A stretch of DNA of 58,122 nucleotides. Origin: a virus (lineage: Duplodnaviria > Caudoviricetes). Position numbers and translations under genes: made by a program. Positions 6,267 through 15,760 of the stretch are shown one piece after another; the stretch's first letter is position 1; the number at the start of each line of letters is the position of its first letter. Location of the stretch: the IMG/VR virus record IMGVR_UViG_3300024057_000003, positions 1 through 58,122 of that record; one strand, written 5' to 3'. The notes under the pieces are model-generated. The model made no database searches and was not told the origin of the DNA. It saw only the letters and a list, made by a program, of their open reading frames with translations.

Positions 6267-9062
6267 GTGTACAAGCTCCTGCTCCCGCACGTCTTTCCGA
6301 ACGAACCGCCGATCAGGATCGTCAGGAGCGATTTCACCAAGCAGGCGTCCTTCTGCCCTCCGGAAGTCGCCTCCTTCTGCACGGACCTGAAGCCGGAGGA
6401 CGGGTTCACCTATCTCCATTTGAATGCCCTCGGATCTCAGGAGGTTTGGGGATCGAACGTCAACGGGGACGGATTCCCGGAGGAAGGCCTGCTTTTCAAG
6501 GGCGCGTCGCACGGCCTGAAGACCTTCGAGATGTTCGCCCACGTCTACCAGCACCACTGTTTCCCTGCGAGGACGACAGTCCTCATGGCAAATCGCGATC
6601 GGATCCCCATAGAGGACGTTCGGGAAGGTGACATGGTTATGACGCTCGAAGGGGCTCGCCCTGTGACCAAGACGATGCGTCAAGTATACGAGGGGTATGG
6701 TTCCAAGATCACTCTTCGTGGTGAGCAGGAAGATACGATAGCGACTGCCGAGCATCCGATCCTGACATATAAGAAAAATCAAGTTCACTGTGAACATGGA
6801 TATAGTCGCCAAACGCAGGGCACGCACGTCATTAACTGTCGGTCCATCCGGGAGCCGATTGGTCACCCATCCTGGATCCAAGCGTCTGAGCTGGAACCTG
6901 GAGATTACGTTGTTATCCCCCGGCCGAAACACGGGGACGAGCAGGTTGATCCATCCTTTGCAAAGCTCGTTGGGTGGGTCGCTTCAGATGGCTATCTTGG
7001 GAAAAAGGGGATCATTCAATTCTCGATTTCCGAGAAGAGCCGCGAGGACATAAGGTCCATAACATCGTGTCTCGAATCTCAGGGCGTTCGGGTTACTGTG
7101 ACGCCTATTCCAGACACCAAGATCGTAATGTTGAGTGCATGCTCACAATCACTACATGAGCGCCTGTCGCAATATGTGACTGGGGTGCTATCCCGGAAAA
7201 CGCTCACTTGCCGCGTTCTTGAGTGGGATAGACATTCGCTTTTAGATCTTCTCGGGGCTTATATCGATGGGGATGGCCATGTCGCGAGATCTGGTCGTAA
7301 TGCGGGGCAACTTAGAATTCGGTCCAGTTCTCATCAAATGAGGAATGCCCTTGCCGATGTTATCCGGGCGCTTGGCATCCCCGCCACCGTTAATGTTGAC
7401 TGCTCTCCGGGACCTATGAAATCGCCTACTAACGGGAAGACTTACTGGAGTAACGGAAGCGGGTGTGTTGCGGTTGTACCGAATCATACACGTTCTGTTG
7501 CAGTGAACAGCCGAAAGCTCGTCACCCGAAAGACCAAGGGGGCTGTCCGCTCATCTCTACTGCGCGACACATTCCTTGTCAAGGTTACAAATGTCGATCA
7601 AGTCTGGGTTAGCGAAGACGTCTTCAACTTGGAGGTTGACGGACCGCATCATTTTATTGCCAATGAGTTTGTCGCTCACAACTGCAACAAGGACCCGGCG
7701 AAGTCCATGGGGGCAGTGAAGATCGCCGCGTGGAATCCGAAGATGCACCGCGTGGAACTCATCGTGAAGGTGAGCAACAAGCGCGGGAGCGGGCTGATCG
7801 AGAAGGTCGCCTCGGGCGAATACCCGGAGTGGTCGATGGGGTGCAAGGTGCCGTACGACACCTGCTCGATCTGCAAGCACGCGGCGAAGAAGGTCTCGGA
7901 GTACTGCGACCACCTGAAGTATGCGATGAACAAGATCCTCGACGACGGTCGAAAGGTGTTCGCGATCAACGACAAGCCCAAGTTCTTCGACATCAGCGAG
8001 GTCGTGATCGGCGCGGACAAGGTGGCGAAGACGCTCCGAAAGGTCGCCAGCTCCAACCGGCCGTTCTCGTCGGCCGTGCTGGGCCTTCACTATTACGGAG
8101 AGGACGAGGGCCAGTACCCCAAAGTCCCCAAGGGGGTGCGCGAGAAGGTCGCCGCCCAGCCTGGAATGCCGAGTGAGCTGATCGCCGTCGGCGCCGAGAT
8201 CTACCGGAAGGAGCCGGAGCTTGCCCCGTCGGTGATCAAGAAGCTGGCGGCCCTTCCGCTCGCCGAGGCGCTTTCGACCCTGAGCTATACGGGCGTGGTC
8301 CTCCACCCCTCAGAGTTCCAGCGGCTCGCCCTCACCCAAGCGGGCCGGGAGAAGAAGGCTGAGAAGCTGGCGGCGCAGGGCATCGTCTTCCCGAGGATCA
8401 GTGAGGACGACGAAGCCTTGGTCGAGGTGCAGGACGATGGGATGATCCATCCCGACCACGTGTCGGAGCGCGCCTTCAAGATCGCCAGAGCCTACCTGCC
8501 GCACCGCTCGATTCTGGAGCCTTTCCTGGAGGAGCGGGTGGCGCGGCTCCCGAAGATGGCGAACCAGCCTCAGCCGCACAACATCACGTGGATCAAGACG
8601 GGGAGCGCAGGCCTCCTTGAGTTGCTCGGGACGCTCGGCCTGTCGTACTTCCTCTATCGTCGGGGATTCCCCCACGAGGCGAAGGCGTTCGAGTCCATCC
8701 TGGTGAAGAAGCCGTGGCTCGGCCCGATCCTTCTCGGCGGTGCGGCCGGGATGGTCGAACTGTCGAACGCCGCGTTCGGACCGTCGCCGCGTTCAGCCGC
8801 CCGGGAGAAGCTCCGCCAGGCGCACATGAAGGTCGGAGCGGCGTGGAAGACGATCGGCAGCGTGTTGGGGCCGGTCGGCCTGGCCTACCTCGCGGCGGCG
8901 AGCGCGGCGCGGAAGGAACTCACCGGCTACCCGCTGAGCGCGCCGGAGAGGGTGATCCGGCACTACCCCGGCCCCTTGGGGATCCTCGGGGTCTACGGGG
9001 TCCTGAAGGCTCGAAAGGCGTTGGCCGGGAAGGCCGCGCTGAAGGCTCTGGTGAAACGATGA
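6267..9062 (+). CDS. prohead maturation protease (HK97/herpes-type Ser protease) with Zn-finger insert, intein and C-terminal extension
   Basis: N-x-NGDGF, HVYQHH (catalytic His), WSMGC (catalytic Ser), CSIC..CDHL, FFDISEVVIGAD; upstream of scaffold and capsid. Confidence 0.85.
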   Translation: MYKLLLPHVFPNEPPIRIVRSDFTKQASFCPPEVASFCTDLKPEDGFTYLHLNALGSQEVWGSNVNGDGFPEEGLLFKGASHGLKTFEMFAHVYQHHCFPARTTVLMANRDRIPIEDVREGDMVMTLEGARPVTKTMRQVYEGYGSKITLRGEQEDTIATAEHPILTYKKNQVHCEHGYSRQTQGTHVINCRSIREPIGHPSWIQASELEPGDYVVIPRPKHGDEQVDPSFAKLVGWVASDGYLGKKGIIQFSISEKSREDIRSITSCLESQGVRVTVTPIPDTKIVMLSACSQSLHERLSQYVTGVLSRKTLTCRVLEWDRHSLLDLLGAYIDGDGHVARSGRNAGQLRIRSSSHQMRNALADVIRALGIPATVNVDCSPGPMKSPTNGKTYWSNGSGCVAVVPNHTRSVAVNSRKLVTRKTKGAVRSSLLRDTFLVKVTNVDQVWVSEDVFNLEVDGPHHFIANEFVAHNCNKDPAKSMGAVKIAAWNPKMHRVELIVKVSNKRGSGLIEKVASGEYPEWSMGCKVPYDTCSICKHAAKKVSEYCDHLKYAMNKILDDGRKVFAINDKPKFFDISEVVIGADKVAKTLRKVASSNRPFSSAVLGLHYYGEDEGQYPKVPKGVREKVAAQPGMPSELIAVGAEIYRKEPELAPSVIKKLAALPLAEALSTLSYTGVVLHPSEFQRLALTQAGREKKAEKLAAQGIVFPRISEDDEALVEVQDDGMIHPDHVSERAFKIARAYLPHRSILEPFLEERVARLPKMANQPQPHNITWIKTGSAGLLELLGTLGLSYFLYRRGFPHEAKAFESILVKKPWLGPILLGGAAGMVELSNAAFGPSPRSAAREKLRQAHMKVGAAWKTIGSVLGPVGLAYLAAASAARKELTGYPLSAPERVIRHYPGPLGILGVYGVLKARKALAGKAALKALVKR
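6558..7682 (+). mobile_element. intein (375 aa) with LAGLIDADG homing endonuclease
   Basis: Starts CFPARTTVLMAN, ends VFNLEVDGPHHFIANEFVAHN followed by Cys+1; LVGWVASDGY and LLGAYIDGDG motifs; visibly lower GC than flanks. Confidence 0.95.
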
Positions 9063-9081
9063 TTATTTTTACGATCAGGGC

Positions 9082-9110
9082 TATACGATTTCCTGTTCGT
9101 GGATTAGGAT
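9082..9110 (+). promoter_or_regulatory. putative phage late promoter TATACG-N17-TAGGAT
   Basis: Intergenic; same geometry as 4520, 13518, 18477. Confidence 0.6.
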
Positions 9111-9166
9111 ACTGAGCGTGAACCGCAAGAACGGGGCAGGCGCGAGAGGCGCGTAAGGAGACAACG

Positions 9167-9880
9167 ATGCGCGTGAAGCTGAGCGAAATCATCGAAGGCC
9201 TCAACAAGGACGACGACTTCCGCAAGCTCGCCGAGGACGCGGGCGTCTCCCCGGCCGCGGTTGCGGGCGGCGGCGCCGGCGCGGGCGGCGGCAACACGAC
9301 GACCGAGACCCCGGACAGCGAGATGGTCGGGGACACGGTCGAGGACGAGAAGGAGAAGATCCAGACCAAGCTCATGGAGCTGGCTGGCCTCCAGTCGGAG
9401 TCGATCAGCGCCGCGAAGACCGAGGAAACGCTCAACACGGCCCAGAAGGCTCCGGCCGGTGAGGCCGCGCAGCCCGCGGGGACGGCGGTCAACCCCGGCG
9501 CGTCGGCCGAGGCCGACGAGGTCGCCGAGGTCGTCGCCAGCACGCTCGGCGGGATGAAGCCGGACCTGCGGAAGACCGCCAGCATCAAGATCGTCGAGAA
9601 GATCGCCCAGATGGGCGCCCTCGCGGTCGACGACCTCAAGGACGTCAAGGTCGCCAGCGCGCGCGCGGACGAGTACGACGCCGCTGGCCGCCTGATGGCC
9701 CGCGCGTACCACGACGAGCACCAGAAGATCGCCACGGGGATGGCCGCCAAGATGGCGGCCGACGACACCGCGGGCGAAGGGGCCGAAGAGGCCGGTGACG
9801 ACGCCGCCGACTCGGAGGCCGACAACGACACCGGGCTGACCTCCGACGAGCTGGAGTTCGTCGAGAGCCTGGAATCCTAG
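9167..9880 (+). CDS. acidic scaffold/core-like head protein
   Basis: 237 aa, Ala/Glu/Asp-rich; RKLAE, RKTAS, EKIAQ, VKVAS, QKIAT, AKMAA; between protease and capsid. Confidence 0.7.
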   Translation: MRVKLSEIIEGLNKDDDFRKLAEDAGVSPAAVAGGGAGAGGGNTTTETPDSEMVGDTVEDEKEKIQTKLMELAGLQSESISAAKTEETLNTAQKAPAGEAAQPAGTAVNPGASAEADEVAEVVASTLGGMKPDLRKTASIKIVEKIAQMGALAVDDLKDVKVASARADEYDAAGRLMARAYHDEHQKIATGMAAKMAADDTAGEGAEEAGDDAADSEADNDTGLTSDELEFVESLES

Positions 9881-9897
9881 CGAAGAAGGAGCTGCTC

Positions 9898-10623
9898 ATG
9901 TCCACGAGCCTGAGAAAGATCTTCGACGAGGCGTACGGCGGCACCGAGAAGACGGCCGAAGACATCTTCGACCAGATGCTCGGCAAGGAAGAGGACGCCG
10001 ATCGCACGACGAAGCTGGCGGCCGCGTACGACGAACTCGGGCGCGACATGGCCCGCGAGACCTTCGCGGCCGAGGTCCTCGGGGAGAACGGCGAAAAGAC
10101 CGCCGCCTCCAAGGTCCTCGACGAGATCCTGGAGAAGGATGCCGCCGCGTCCGACGAGGACGACGACGGCGAGAAGACCGCCTCCGCGTCGGATGACGAC
10201 GGCGACGAGGACGAGGACGGCACCGAGAAGGACGCCGCCGACGGCGTCCTGGCCGATCTCCTCGGTGTCGAGAAGGAAGCCGAGGCCGAGATCGAAGGGG
10301 CCGACGAGTTCGAGGAGAAGCTCGCCTCGATCGACAAGGAGGCGGCTGTCGCCTTCAAGCTCATCAAGGAGGCCGCCAAGGGCACGAAGGGCGCGAAGAC
10401 GCTCTGGAAGCGGATCGTCCAGCTCGCCCGCAAGGGCAAGAAGAAGGCGAAGCGGTTCGTCGGCAAGGGCTACGAGGCCATGAAGCACGCGCCGAAGGAG
10501 ACCAAGAAGGGCCTGCGGCGTGCGTACAGGGCGGTCAAGAAGCATCCGGGCGTGGCCAGCGGAAGCATGGCCGCGGGCCTGGCGGGCGGGTACGCCGCCG
10601 GAAGGAAGAGGAAGGCCGAGTAG
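9898..10623 (+). CDS. acidic scaffold-like protein with basic C-terminal amphipathic tail
   Basis: 241 aa; repeated EKTA/EKDA/EKEA; C-term KTLWKRIVQLARKGKKKAKRFVGKG...GLAGGYAAG. Confidence 0.75.
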   Translation: MSTSLRKIFDEAYGGTEKTAEDIFDQMLGKEEDADRTTKLAAAYDELGRDMARETFAAEVLGENGEKTAASKVLDEILEKDAAASDEDDDGEKTASASDDDGDEDEDGTEKDAADGVLADLLGVEKEAEAEIEGADEFEEKLASIDKEAAVAFKLIKEAAKGTKGAKTLWKRIVQLARKGKKKAKRFVGKGYEAMKHAPKETKKGLRRAYRAVKKHPGVASGSMAAGLAGGYAAGRKRKAE

Positions 10624-10627
10624 TTTC

Positions 10628-10855
10628 ATGACGCTCCAGGACCAACTTGTCGCGAAGATCGCCGCGAAGCGGGCCATCCCGCCCGCCAACGACGGCGAGG
10701 GCAACGTCCTCGTCTTGGACGGCGAGGGTCTCGACAAGTTGGCCAACGCGCTGGAGACTCTGGCGGGATCGCCGGATGACCTCGACGCGGATACGGAGAC
10801 GGCCCTCCAGTCGATCGTGGACGGAGCCTCCAAGAGCAGGGAGAAAGCGGCGTGA
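10628..10855 (+). CDS. small head-associated protein
   Basis: ATG at 10628 (MTLQDQLVAKIAA..DKLAN), stop overlaps next GTG. Confidence 0.65.
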   Translation: MTLQDQLVAKIAAKRAIPPANDGEGNVLVLDGEGLDKLANALETLAGSPDDLDADTETALQSIVDGASKSREKAA

Positions 10856-11217
10856 AGCAAGCACACAAGGAACTGCTGCTGAAGGTCGCCAGCGTGGTAC
10901 GCCAGCTCAAGCGCGAGCGGGATTTCCTCGTCGACGAGCTGGCGACCGCCATGCACAAGGAGAGTGCGTCGACCGTCGCGAAGGACCTCGTCCAGCGGGG
11001 GATCTACTCGCAGGAGGAGCTCGACAGCGCGGTCGAGAAGGTCTCGAAGGTCAAGCACCTGGGCGCTCTGAAGGAGGCCCTGGCGATCGTGCAGCCGAAG
11101 AAAGATCTTCCGATCGGAACGGTCGAGAAGACGGCGGAGGCGAACGGGGCCGTGTCCGACGCCGAGCGCAAGATGATGGAAGATCCGGCCATTCAACATC
11201 TACTCCAGTACGTGTAA
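10852..11217 (+). CDS. coiled-coil scaffold-like protein
   Basis: 121 aa; LKVAS, EKTAE; immediately upstream of decoration and capsid genes. Confidence 0.7.
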   Translation: MKQAHKELLLKVASVVRQLKRERDFLVDELATAMHKESASTVAKDLVQRGIYSQEELDSAVEKVSKVKHLGALKEALAIVQPKKDLPIGTVEKTAEANGAVSDAERKMMEDPAIQHLLQYV

Positions 11218-11232
11218 GGAAGGGGACGCAAG

Positions 11233-11736
11233 ATGGGCAAAGTGCTTCCGGACACCTCGGTCGTGACGTTCTACCGGCGTTCGCTGACGCCGGCGGATGC
11301 GCTGATCTCGGACTCCGGCGAGAATTCCGATCCGGCGCTCGACACCAAGACGATCGACGTCGAGGCGGGCGAGTGGGTCACGCTGGACGGCTCCAAGAAA
11401 GCCGTGCGTCTCGGCGCGTCCCCCGGGGGAGCCGGACTCCTGGCGTTCCCGGTCTGGGTGTCGGATCGCCGCGACGCGGCCGCCGCGCTCCAGATCACGG
11501 TCATCCACGGCGTCCACCAGGGCCAGATCTCGCTCTTCGACACCGGCGTCGGCGCGTACTCGCCGGGCGACCGCCTCACGGCCAAGCTCGTGAGCGGAAA
11601 GAGCATCCTGACCAAGGCGGCCTCGGGCGACGCGGTCGTGGCGATCGCGGAAGGCCCGGCATCGGCGGCGACGGCGGAGTTCCCGTCGGGACTCCTGCCG
11701 TACACCACGATCAACGCGGGGCACATCGTCCCGTAA
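11233..11736 (+). CDS. putative capsid decoration/cement protein
   Basis: 167 aa beta-rich (GEWVTLDG, YSPGDRLTAK) directly upstream of the MCP. Confidence 0.6.
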   Translation: MGKVLPDTSVVTFYRRSLTPADALISDSGENSDPALDTKTIDVEAGEWVTLDGSKKAVRLGASPGGAGLLAFPVWVSDRRDAAAALQITVIHGVHQGQISLFDTGVGAYSPGDRLTAKLVSGKSILTKAASGDAVVAIAEGPASAATAEFPSGLLPYTTINAGHIVP

Positions 11737-11787
11737 ACTGAGGGGCTGAACACGAACTGAAGCCTTCGTTGCAAGGGAGCTGAGAAC

Positions 11788-12747
11788 ATGGGCATGGAAA
11801 AAATCGGTCAGGCCACGGCGGATGCGCTCAACGCGGCCTTCAACCAGCAGATGGAGTCGCCCGAGGGGCGCAAGGAGCTGACGGACAAGACGCTCCTGTA
11901 CATCAAGCAGCTCCTCCGCGAGGAGAGCTTCGTCCGCAAGATCCTGCCGCCGGAGAGCGTCACGAAGTACGACCTCCAGCGGGACGTCAACTCGGACACG
12001 GTCGTCAAGATCGTGGACATCGAGCCGAACTCGCGGGCGGCGGCGCTCAACTTCCGCGGCGAGGCGAGCTCCGAGTTCGTCGAGGGGAAGCGCTTCGCGA
12101 TTCCGTTCTTCACCATCTCCTCGCAGATGTACGAGAAGACGGAGCAGGAGCTCTTCGCCTTCGAGATGCCGGTCATCAAGGTGATCGAGGAGAACTCGGT
12201 CAAGGACATCCAGGAGGTCGAGGACGTCACCTGGATCCGGTTCTCGCAGGCCGCGGCGACGAGCACGGGCAAGATCCTGACGGCCGCCGGCGACCCGAAC
12301 CTGACGACCGCGCTGATGCGCGACCTCTTCAAGCTGATCGACGGCGATCGGCTGATCACCACGACGCTCCTGATGAACTCCCAGACCTGGGACGACATCC
12401 TGACCTTCGGCCAGCCCGTCTTCGGCGACTCGATCGCCGGGAAGGTCATCATCGACGGGTACACGTATGATCAGATCCTCGGCAAGAAGCTGATCATCAC
12501 GACGAAGACGAAGACCCAGGACGACCGTCACCTGGTCCCCTTCGGGCAGGTCTGGTCCTACACCGACCCGCAGTACCTCGGCCGGTTCTACATCCTCAAC
12601 AGCACGAAGCTGTACATGGACAAGGTGGCCGAGGTGATCCGGTGGAAGGCCTGGGAGGTCATCGGCATCGGCGTCGGCAACACGAAGTCGATCGCCAAGC
12701 TGGAGTTCGGCACGGGCGTCGGCCTCGTTCCGGGCGACCCGGTCTAA
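11788..12747 (+). CDS. major capsid protein (HK97 fold)
   Basis: 319 aa; LREESFVRKILPP, DIQEVED, WEVIGIGVGN; strongly biased codons; followed by a strong terminator; canonical position. Confidence 0.8.
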   Translation: MGMEKIGQATADALNAAFNQQMESPEGRKELTDKTLLYIKQLLREESFVRKILPPESVTKYDLQRDVNSDTVVKIVDIEPNSRAAALNFRGEASSEFVEGKRFAIPFFTISSQMYEKTEQELFAFEMPVIKVIEENSVKDIQEVEDVTWIRFSQAAATSTGKILTAAGDPNLTTALMRDLFKLIDGDRLITTTLLMNSQTWDDILTFGQPVFGDSIAGKVIIDGYTYDQILGKKLIITTKTKTQDDRHLVPFGQVWSYTDPQYLGRFYILNSTKLYMDKVAEVIRWKAWEVIGIGVGNTKSIAKLEFGTGVGLVPGDPV

Positions 12748-12772
12748 ACCCGGGTTCACAACTGAAGCTTCC

Positions 12773-12808
12773 GAATGGGCGCGGGGTAACACCCGCGCCC
12801 ATTCTTTT
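12773..12808 (+). terminator. Rho-independent terminator after MCP
   Basis: GAATGGGCGCGGG-GTAACA-CCCGCGCCCATTC 13-bp stem plus TTTT. Confidence 0.85.
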
Positions 12809-12819
12809 AGGTGGCGAGT

Positions 12820-13038
12820 ATGGCGAAGGACATCGAAAACCTGACCGACCGCCACATCCGATGCGGAGGCTGGGTCTTCCTTCCGAAGAAGATTCAGCGT
12901 AACATCCCTGACGACAAGGTTCCCCCGGAGGCGTGGAGACAGGCGATGCAGCAGCCGTTCCCGACGCTCCGGATCACGGATTCGGATGAGGAGGTCATCC
13001 CCTTTGTGATTCCACTTCTGGACTCGGATGGGAGCTGA
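12820..13038 (+). CDS. hypothetical protein
   Basis: 72 aa, ATG with AGGTGG RBS, fills gap between MCP and adaptor. Confidence 0.6.
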   Translation: MAKDIENLTDRHIRCGGWVFLPKKIQRNIPDDKVPPEAWRQAMQQPFPTLRITDSDEEVIPFVIPLLDSDGS

Positions 13039-13040
13039 CG

Positions 13041-13553
13041 GTGGCGATTGACAGGCTCACGTTCATCGAGCAGGTCCGCGACTACATGCGGGACTTCCCC
13101 GAGTTCAACGCCCTGACTCCGGGGGAGGAAACGAGCGACAGCCTGATCAACCTGTGCGCGGACCTCGCCGCCGACGACTTCTCGACCACGATGCCGCCGA
13201 TCGGCCAGTTCACGGTCGAGAGCCACCCGTCGCTTTACCTGCTCCTGTTGGGCACGGTCATCCAGATCCTCCGCTCCGCGGGGATCCTCCAGGCCCGCAA
13301 CAACCTCAACTACTCGGACGGCGGCCTGACGGTCGCGACGTCGGACAAGGCGCCGATCTATCAGGCCTACGCGAACTGGATCATCGGGGAGTACGAGCGC
13401 AAGAAGCGGACGCTGAAGATCTCGCTCAACGCCGGGACCGCGTACGGTGGCGTCCGAAGCGAGTACAGTTGGATCGGAGCGTACGGCCAGTACATCGGAC
13501 TTGCCAGCATCGACTCCTATACAGCGGTGCGCTTCGGGTCTATAATCTTCTGA
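13041..13553 (+). CDS. putative head-tail adaptor
   Basis: 170 aa helical; VRDYMRDFPEFNAL..RNNLNYSDGG; position after MCP. Confidence 0.6.
   Translation: MAIDRLTFIEQVRDYMRDFPEFNALTPGEETSDSLINLCADLAADDFSTTMPPIGQFTVESHPSLYLLLLGTVIQILRSAGILQARNNLNYSDGGLTVATSDKAPIYQAYANWIIGEYERKKRTLKISLNAGTAYGGVRSEYSWIGAYGQYIGLASIDSYTAVRFGSIIF
13518..13546 (+). promoter_or_regulatory. putative phage late promoter TATACA-N17-TATAAT
   Basis: In 3' end of adaptor gene, upstream of the small-protein cassette. Confidence 0.6.
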
Positions 13554-13566
13554 GAAGGGAGACCGC

Positions 13567-13971
13567 ATGGACAAGCAGGCCAAGGAGAACTGGGCGGTCG
13601 CCGGACTGATCGCTGGCGAAGCCTTCGCGGACGAGTTCAAGAAGATGGCGGGCGTGTTCCTTCTCGAACGCTACGTCGCCGACAACGGCTTCACGAAAGA
13701 CGCCGCGGGCCTGGCGCGCCGGGCGTTCAAGGCGGTGACCACCTCACCCGCCCTCCGGAGGATCGGCATCCCAGCCGCCGCGCTGGCCGCGGGCGGCGGG
13801 GCCGGCGCGATCGTCGGCATGAAGAAGGAGCGGCAGGAGGCGATGGAGGAGATCAACACCATCGCGCCAAAGATCTTCCGCCACGGCTTCGTCCAGGGGG
13901 CGCGGCAGGGATTCGCGCGCGGCGCGCGGGCTGGCTTCCTGCACGCCAGAGGGGAGCGTTCGACCGGATAG
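13567..13971 (+). CDS. propeptide-bearing internal virion protein
   Basis: GEAFADEFKKMA..TKDAA then GLARRAFKAV..AAALAAGGGAGAIVG. Confidence 0.75.
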   Translation: MDKQAKENWAVAGLIAGEAFADEFKKMAGVFLLERYVADNGFTKDAAGLARRAFKAVTTSPALRRIGIPAAALAAGGGAGAIVGMKKERQEAMEEINTIAPKIFRHGFVQGARQGFARGARAGFLHARGERSTG

Positions 13972-13972
13972 G

Positions 13973-14374
13973 ATGAGCAGGGAAGGCGCATTCGTCCAGG
14001 GCTTCACCGAAGAGTGCGAGCGGATGGAGAAGCAGGGGATCCTGTTCCTCCCCGCTCTGGCCGCCGGTCTCCTTGTCGGAGGAGTCGGGGCGGCGGCCGG
14101 ACTGGCCGGAGCTGGAAAGCCGAAGGACATCGTGCAGAGGAAGTGGTATCGCGCCGGCGAGATCCCGAAGACGCTGGGGCTGACCACGGCCTTGGCGGGC
14201 GGAATGGCGCCGGGGGCGTCCGGCGCTCTGGGCCTCGGCCTGCGCGGCCTCGCCGGTTCCGAAGTGGCCAGTTCGGCCGCTGGATCGCGCGGCCCCGGAC
14301 TGGCGTGGAGGCCGAAGTCGATCGCGAGGACGCCATTGAATCGCCAGCCCAAGCAGATCGCGGGAGGCTTCTGA
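13973..14374 (+). CDS. propeptide-bearing glycine-zipper protein
   Basis: GFTEECERMEKQG then ILFLPALAAGLLVGGVGAAAGLAGAG. Confidence 0.7.
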   Translation: MSREGAFVQGFTEECERMEKQGILFLPALAAGLLVGGVGAAAGLAGAGKPKDIVQRKWYRAGEIPKTLGLTTALAGGMAPGASGALGLGLRGLAGSEVASSAAGSRGPGLAWRPKSIARTPLNRQPKQIAGGF

Positions 14375-14610
14375 TGGGAACGCTCGGGACCACCTACCGT
14401 CAGGCGTTTGAGAAGCAGGCCTTCATCGGAGGTCTCGCCAAGGGCGTGGGCAAGTTCATGGGCTCGATCCCGTTCTGGATCGCGGGCTCGCTTGCTGCGG
14501 AGAAGCTGATCGGCAAGAAGCCGAAGATCATGCGGCGATATGTCCCGCGCCGGCAGTACCAGGAACTCCTCCGCCAGCAACAGATGACGACCCAAGGGGG
14601 AGGATACTGA
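14374..14610 (+). CDS. propeptide-bearing amphipathic peptide (78 aa)
   Basis: TGATG-coupled start; YRQAFEKQA then FIGGLAKGVGKFMGSIPFWIAG. Confidence 0.75.
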   Translation: MGTLGTTYRQAFEKQAFIGGLAKGVGKFMGSIPFWIAGSLAAEKLIGKKPKIMRRYVPRRQYQELLRQQQMTTQGGGY

Positions 14611-14942
14611 TGAGCCGCGATCGCATCTTCTTCGAGGCTTTCGAGACGGAGCTGGAGAAGGACGCCAAAGCCAAAGGGTTCTTGAACGTCATCAAGAACC
14701 TCTTCGGGCAGGGGAAGAAGGCGGTGACGCCCTGGCTCACCAAGGGCCGGCAGGCGGCGGCGAAGAGCGCGCCCGCGCTGTGGCTGGCCCGCCAGCCCAG
14801 ATGGGTCCAACGATTTGCGGGGTTCGGAGGGAAGACCATGGCTGCGGGCGCGGCGATGACGGCCGGAGAGCTTCCGTTCTCCCGCCGACGAAAGGTCGTG
14901 CAGATCCTTCCCCAAGACGAGATGATGGGAGGCTACCGATGA
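14610..14942 (+). CDS. propeptide-bearing amphipathic protein
   Basis: FEAFETELEKDA then KAKGFLNVIKNLFGQGKKAV. Confidence 0.75.
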   Translation: MSRDRIFFEAFETELEKDAKAKGFLNVIKNLFGQGKKAVTPWLTKGRQAAAKSAPALWLARQPRWVQRFAGFGGKTMAAGAAMTAGELPFSRRRKVVQILPQDEMMGGYR

Positions 14943-15760
14943 GCCACGCCAAGTTTGCAGCGGCTTTCTTCGAGGAATTCGACGCGCTGTGCGATCTCAT
15001 GGAGAAGGACGGCCAGGCGGATCCCGACTTCACCAGCGAGAAGCGCGCGGCGTTCGGGTTCATCATGGCGAACTTGGAGGACGACGACGACTACGCCTTC
15101 ATGGACAAGATGGCGTCCGACGCACTGACGCCGCTGGAGAAGATCGCGATCCGAGGAACTCTCGGACGGTGGATGATCGGCGCCGGGGCGAGGATGGCTG
15201 GCCGCGGCACGAAGATGGTCGCGAAGTCGATGAAGCCGTCGAAGTCGTTCGCCGCCCGGTTCACCCGAAAAGGATGGTCGCCCCAGCGGATCCAGTCCGT
15301 CTGGACCGGATACCAGAAGGCTGGCCCCAAGGGCTGGATGCGGATGCGGCGGGCCACCGCTCCGGCATTCGCGGGGCCGGCGGCCGCCGCCGCGTCGCGC
15401 GGTACGGCAGGACGGCATGCGATCCAGAAAGTCAGGGGGACCAGCCTGGACAAGATGATCGCGGGCACCGAGGGCGGGGGATCCCTCAAGTACATGGCGC
15501 AGCGGGAGAAGGCGACCCGCGCGGCGCGAGCGCGTGCCCGCCGGACGGCCGCCAAGCAGAAGCGTGTCGGGAAGACGACGCGCGACCGGGCCGCGGCCGG
15601 GGCGAAGAAGGGCAAGGGGGAAGGGAACGGGAAGGCAGACCGGAAGGCCGAAGGGCTGTGGCCGTCGGTCAAGAGCGGATTGCTCTGGGGCGGGGGCTTC
15701 GGCGCAGCGCAACGGGTCCTTGCGCCAGAAGAGGAGCCGGAGTACGTTCTGGGCAACTGA
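14939..15760 (+). CDS. propeptide-bearing basic protein
   Basis: ATG at 14939 overlapping upstream stop; acidic N-term AAFFEEFD..EKDG..DKMAS..EKIA, then highly basic Gly/Ala-rich region. Confidence 0.75.
   Translation: MSHAKFAAAFFEEFDALCDLMEKDGQADPDFTSEKRAAFGFIMANLEDDDDYAFMDKMASDALTPLEKIAIRGTLGRWMIGAGARMAGRGTKMVAKSMKPSKSFAARFTRKGWSPQRIQSVWTGYQKAGPKGWMRMRRATAPAFAGPAAAAASRGTAGRHAIQKVRGTSLDKMIAGTEGGGSLKYMAQREKATRAARARARRTAAKQKRVGKTTRDRAAAGAKKGKGEGNGKADRKAEGLWPSVKSGLLWGGGFGAAQRVLAPEEEPEYVLGN

Noticed and set aside
9940-10240. Recurring GAGAAGACCGCC/GAGAAGGACGCC DNA repeats
   Set aside because: Explained by repeated EKTA/EKDA peptide motifs, not an independent DNA repeat element
11788-12747. Encapsulin shell protein (similar size and fold)
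   Set aside because: Context of protease, scaffold, decoration, neck and tail indicates a phage major capsid protein
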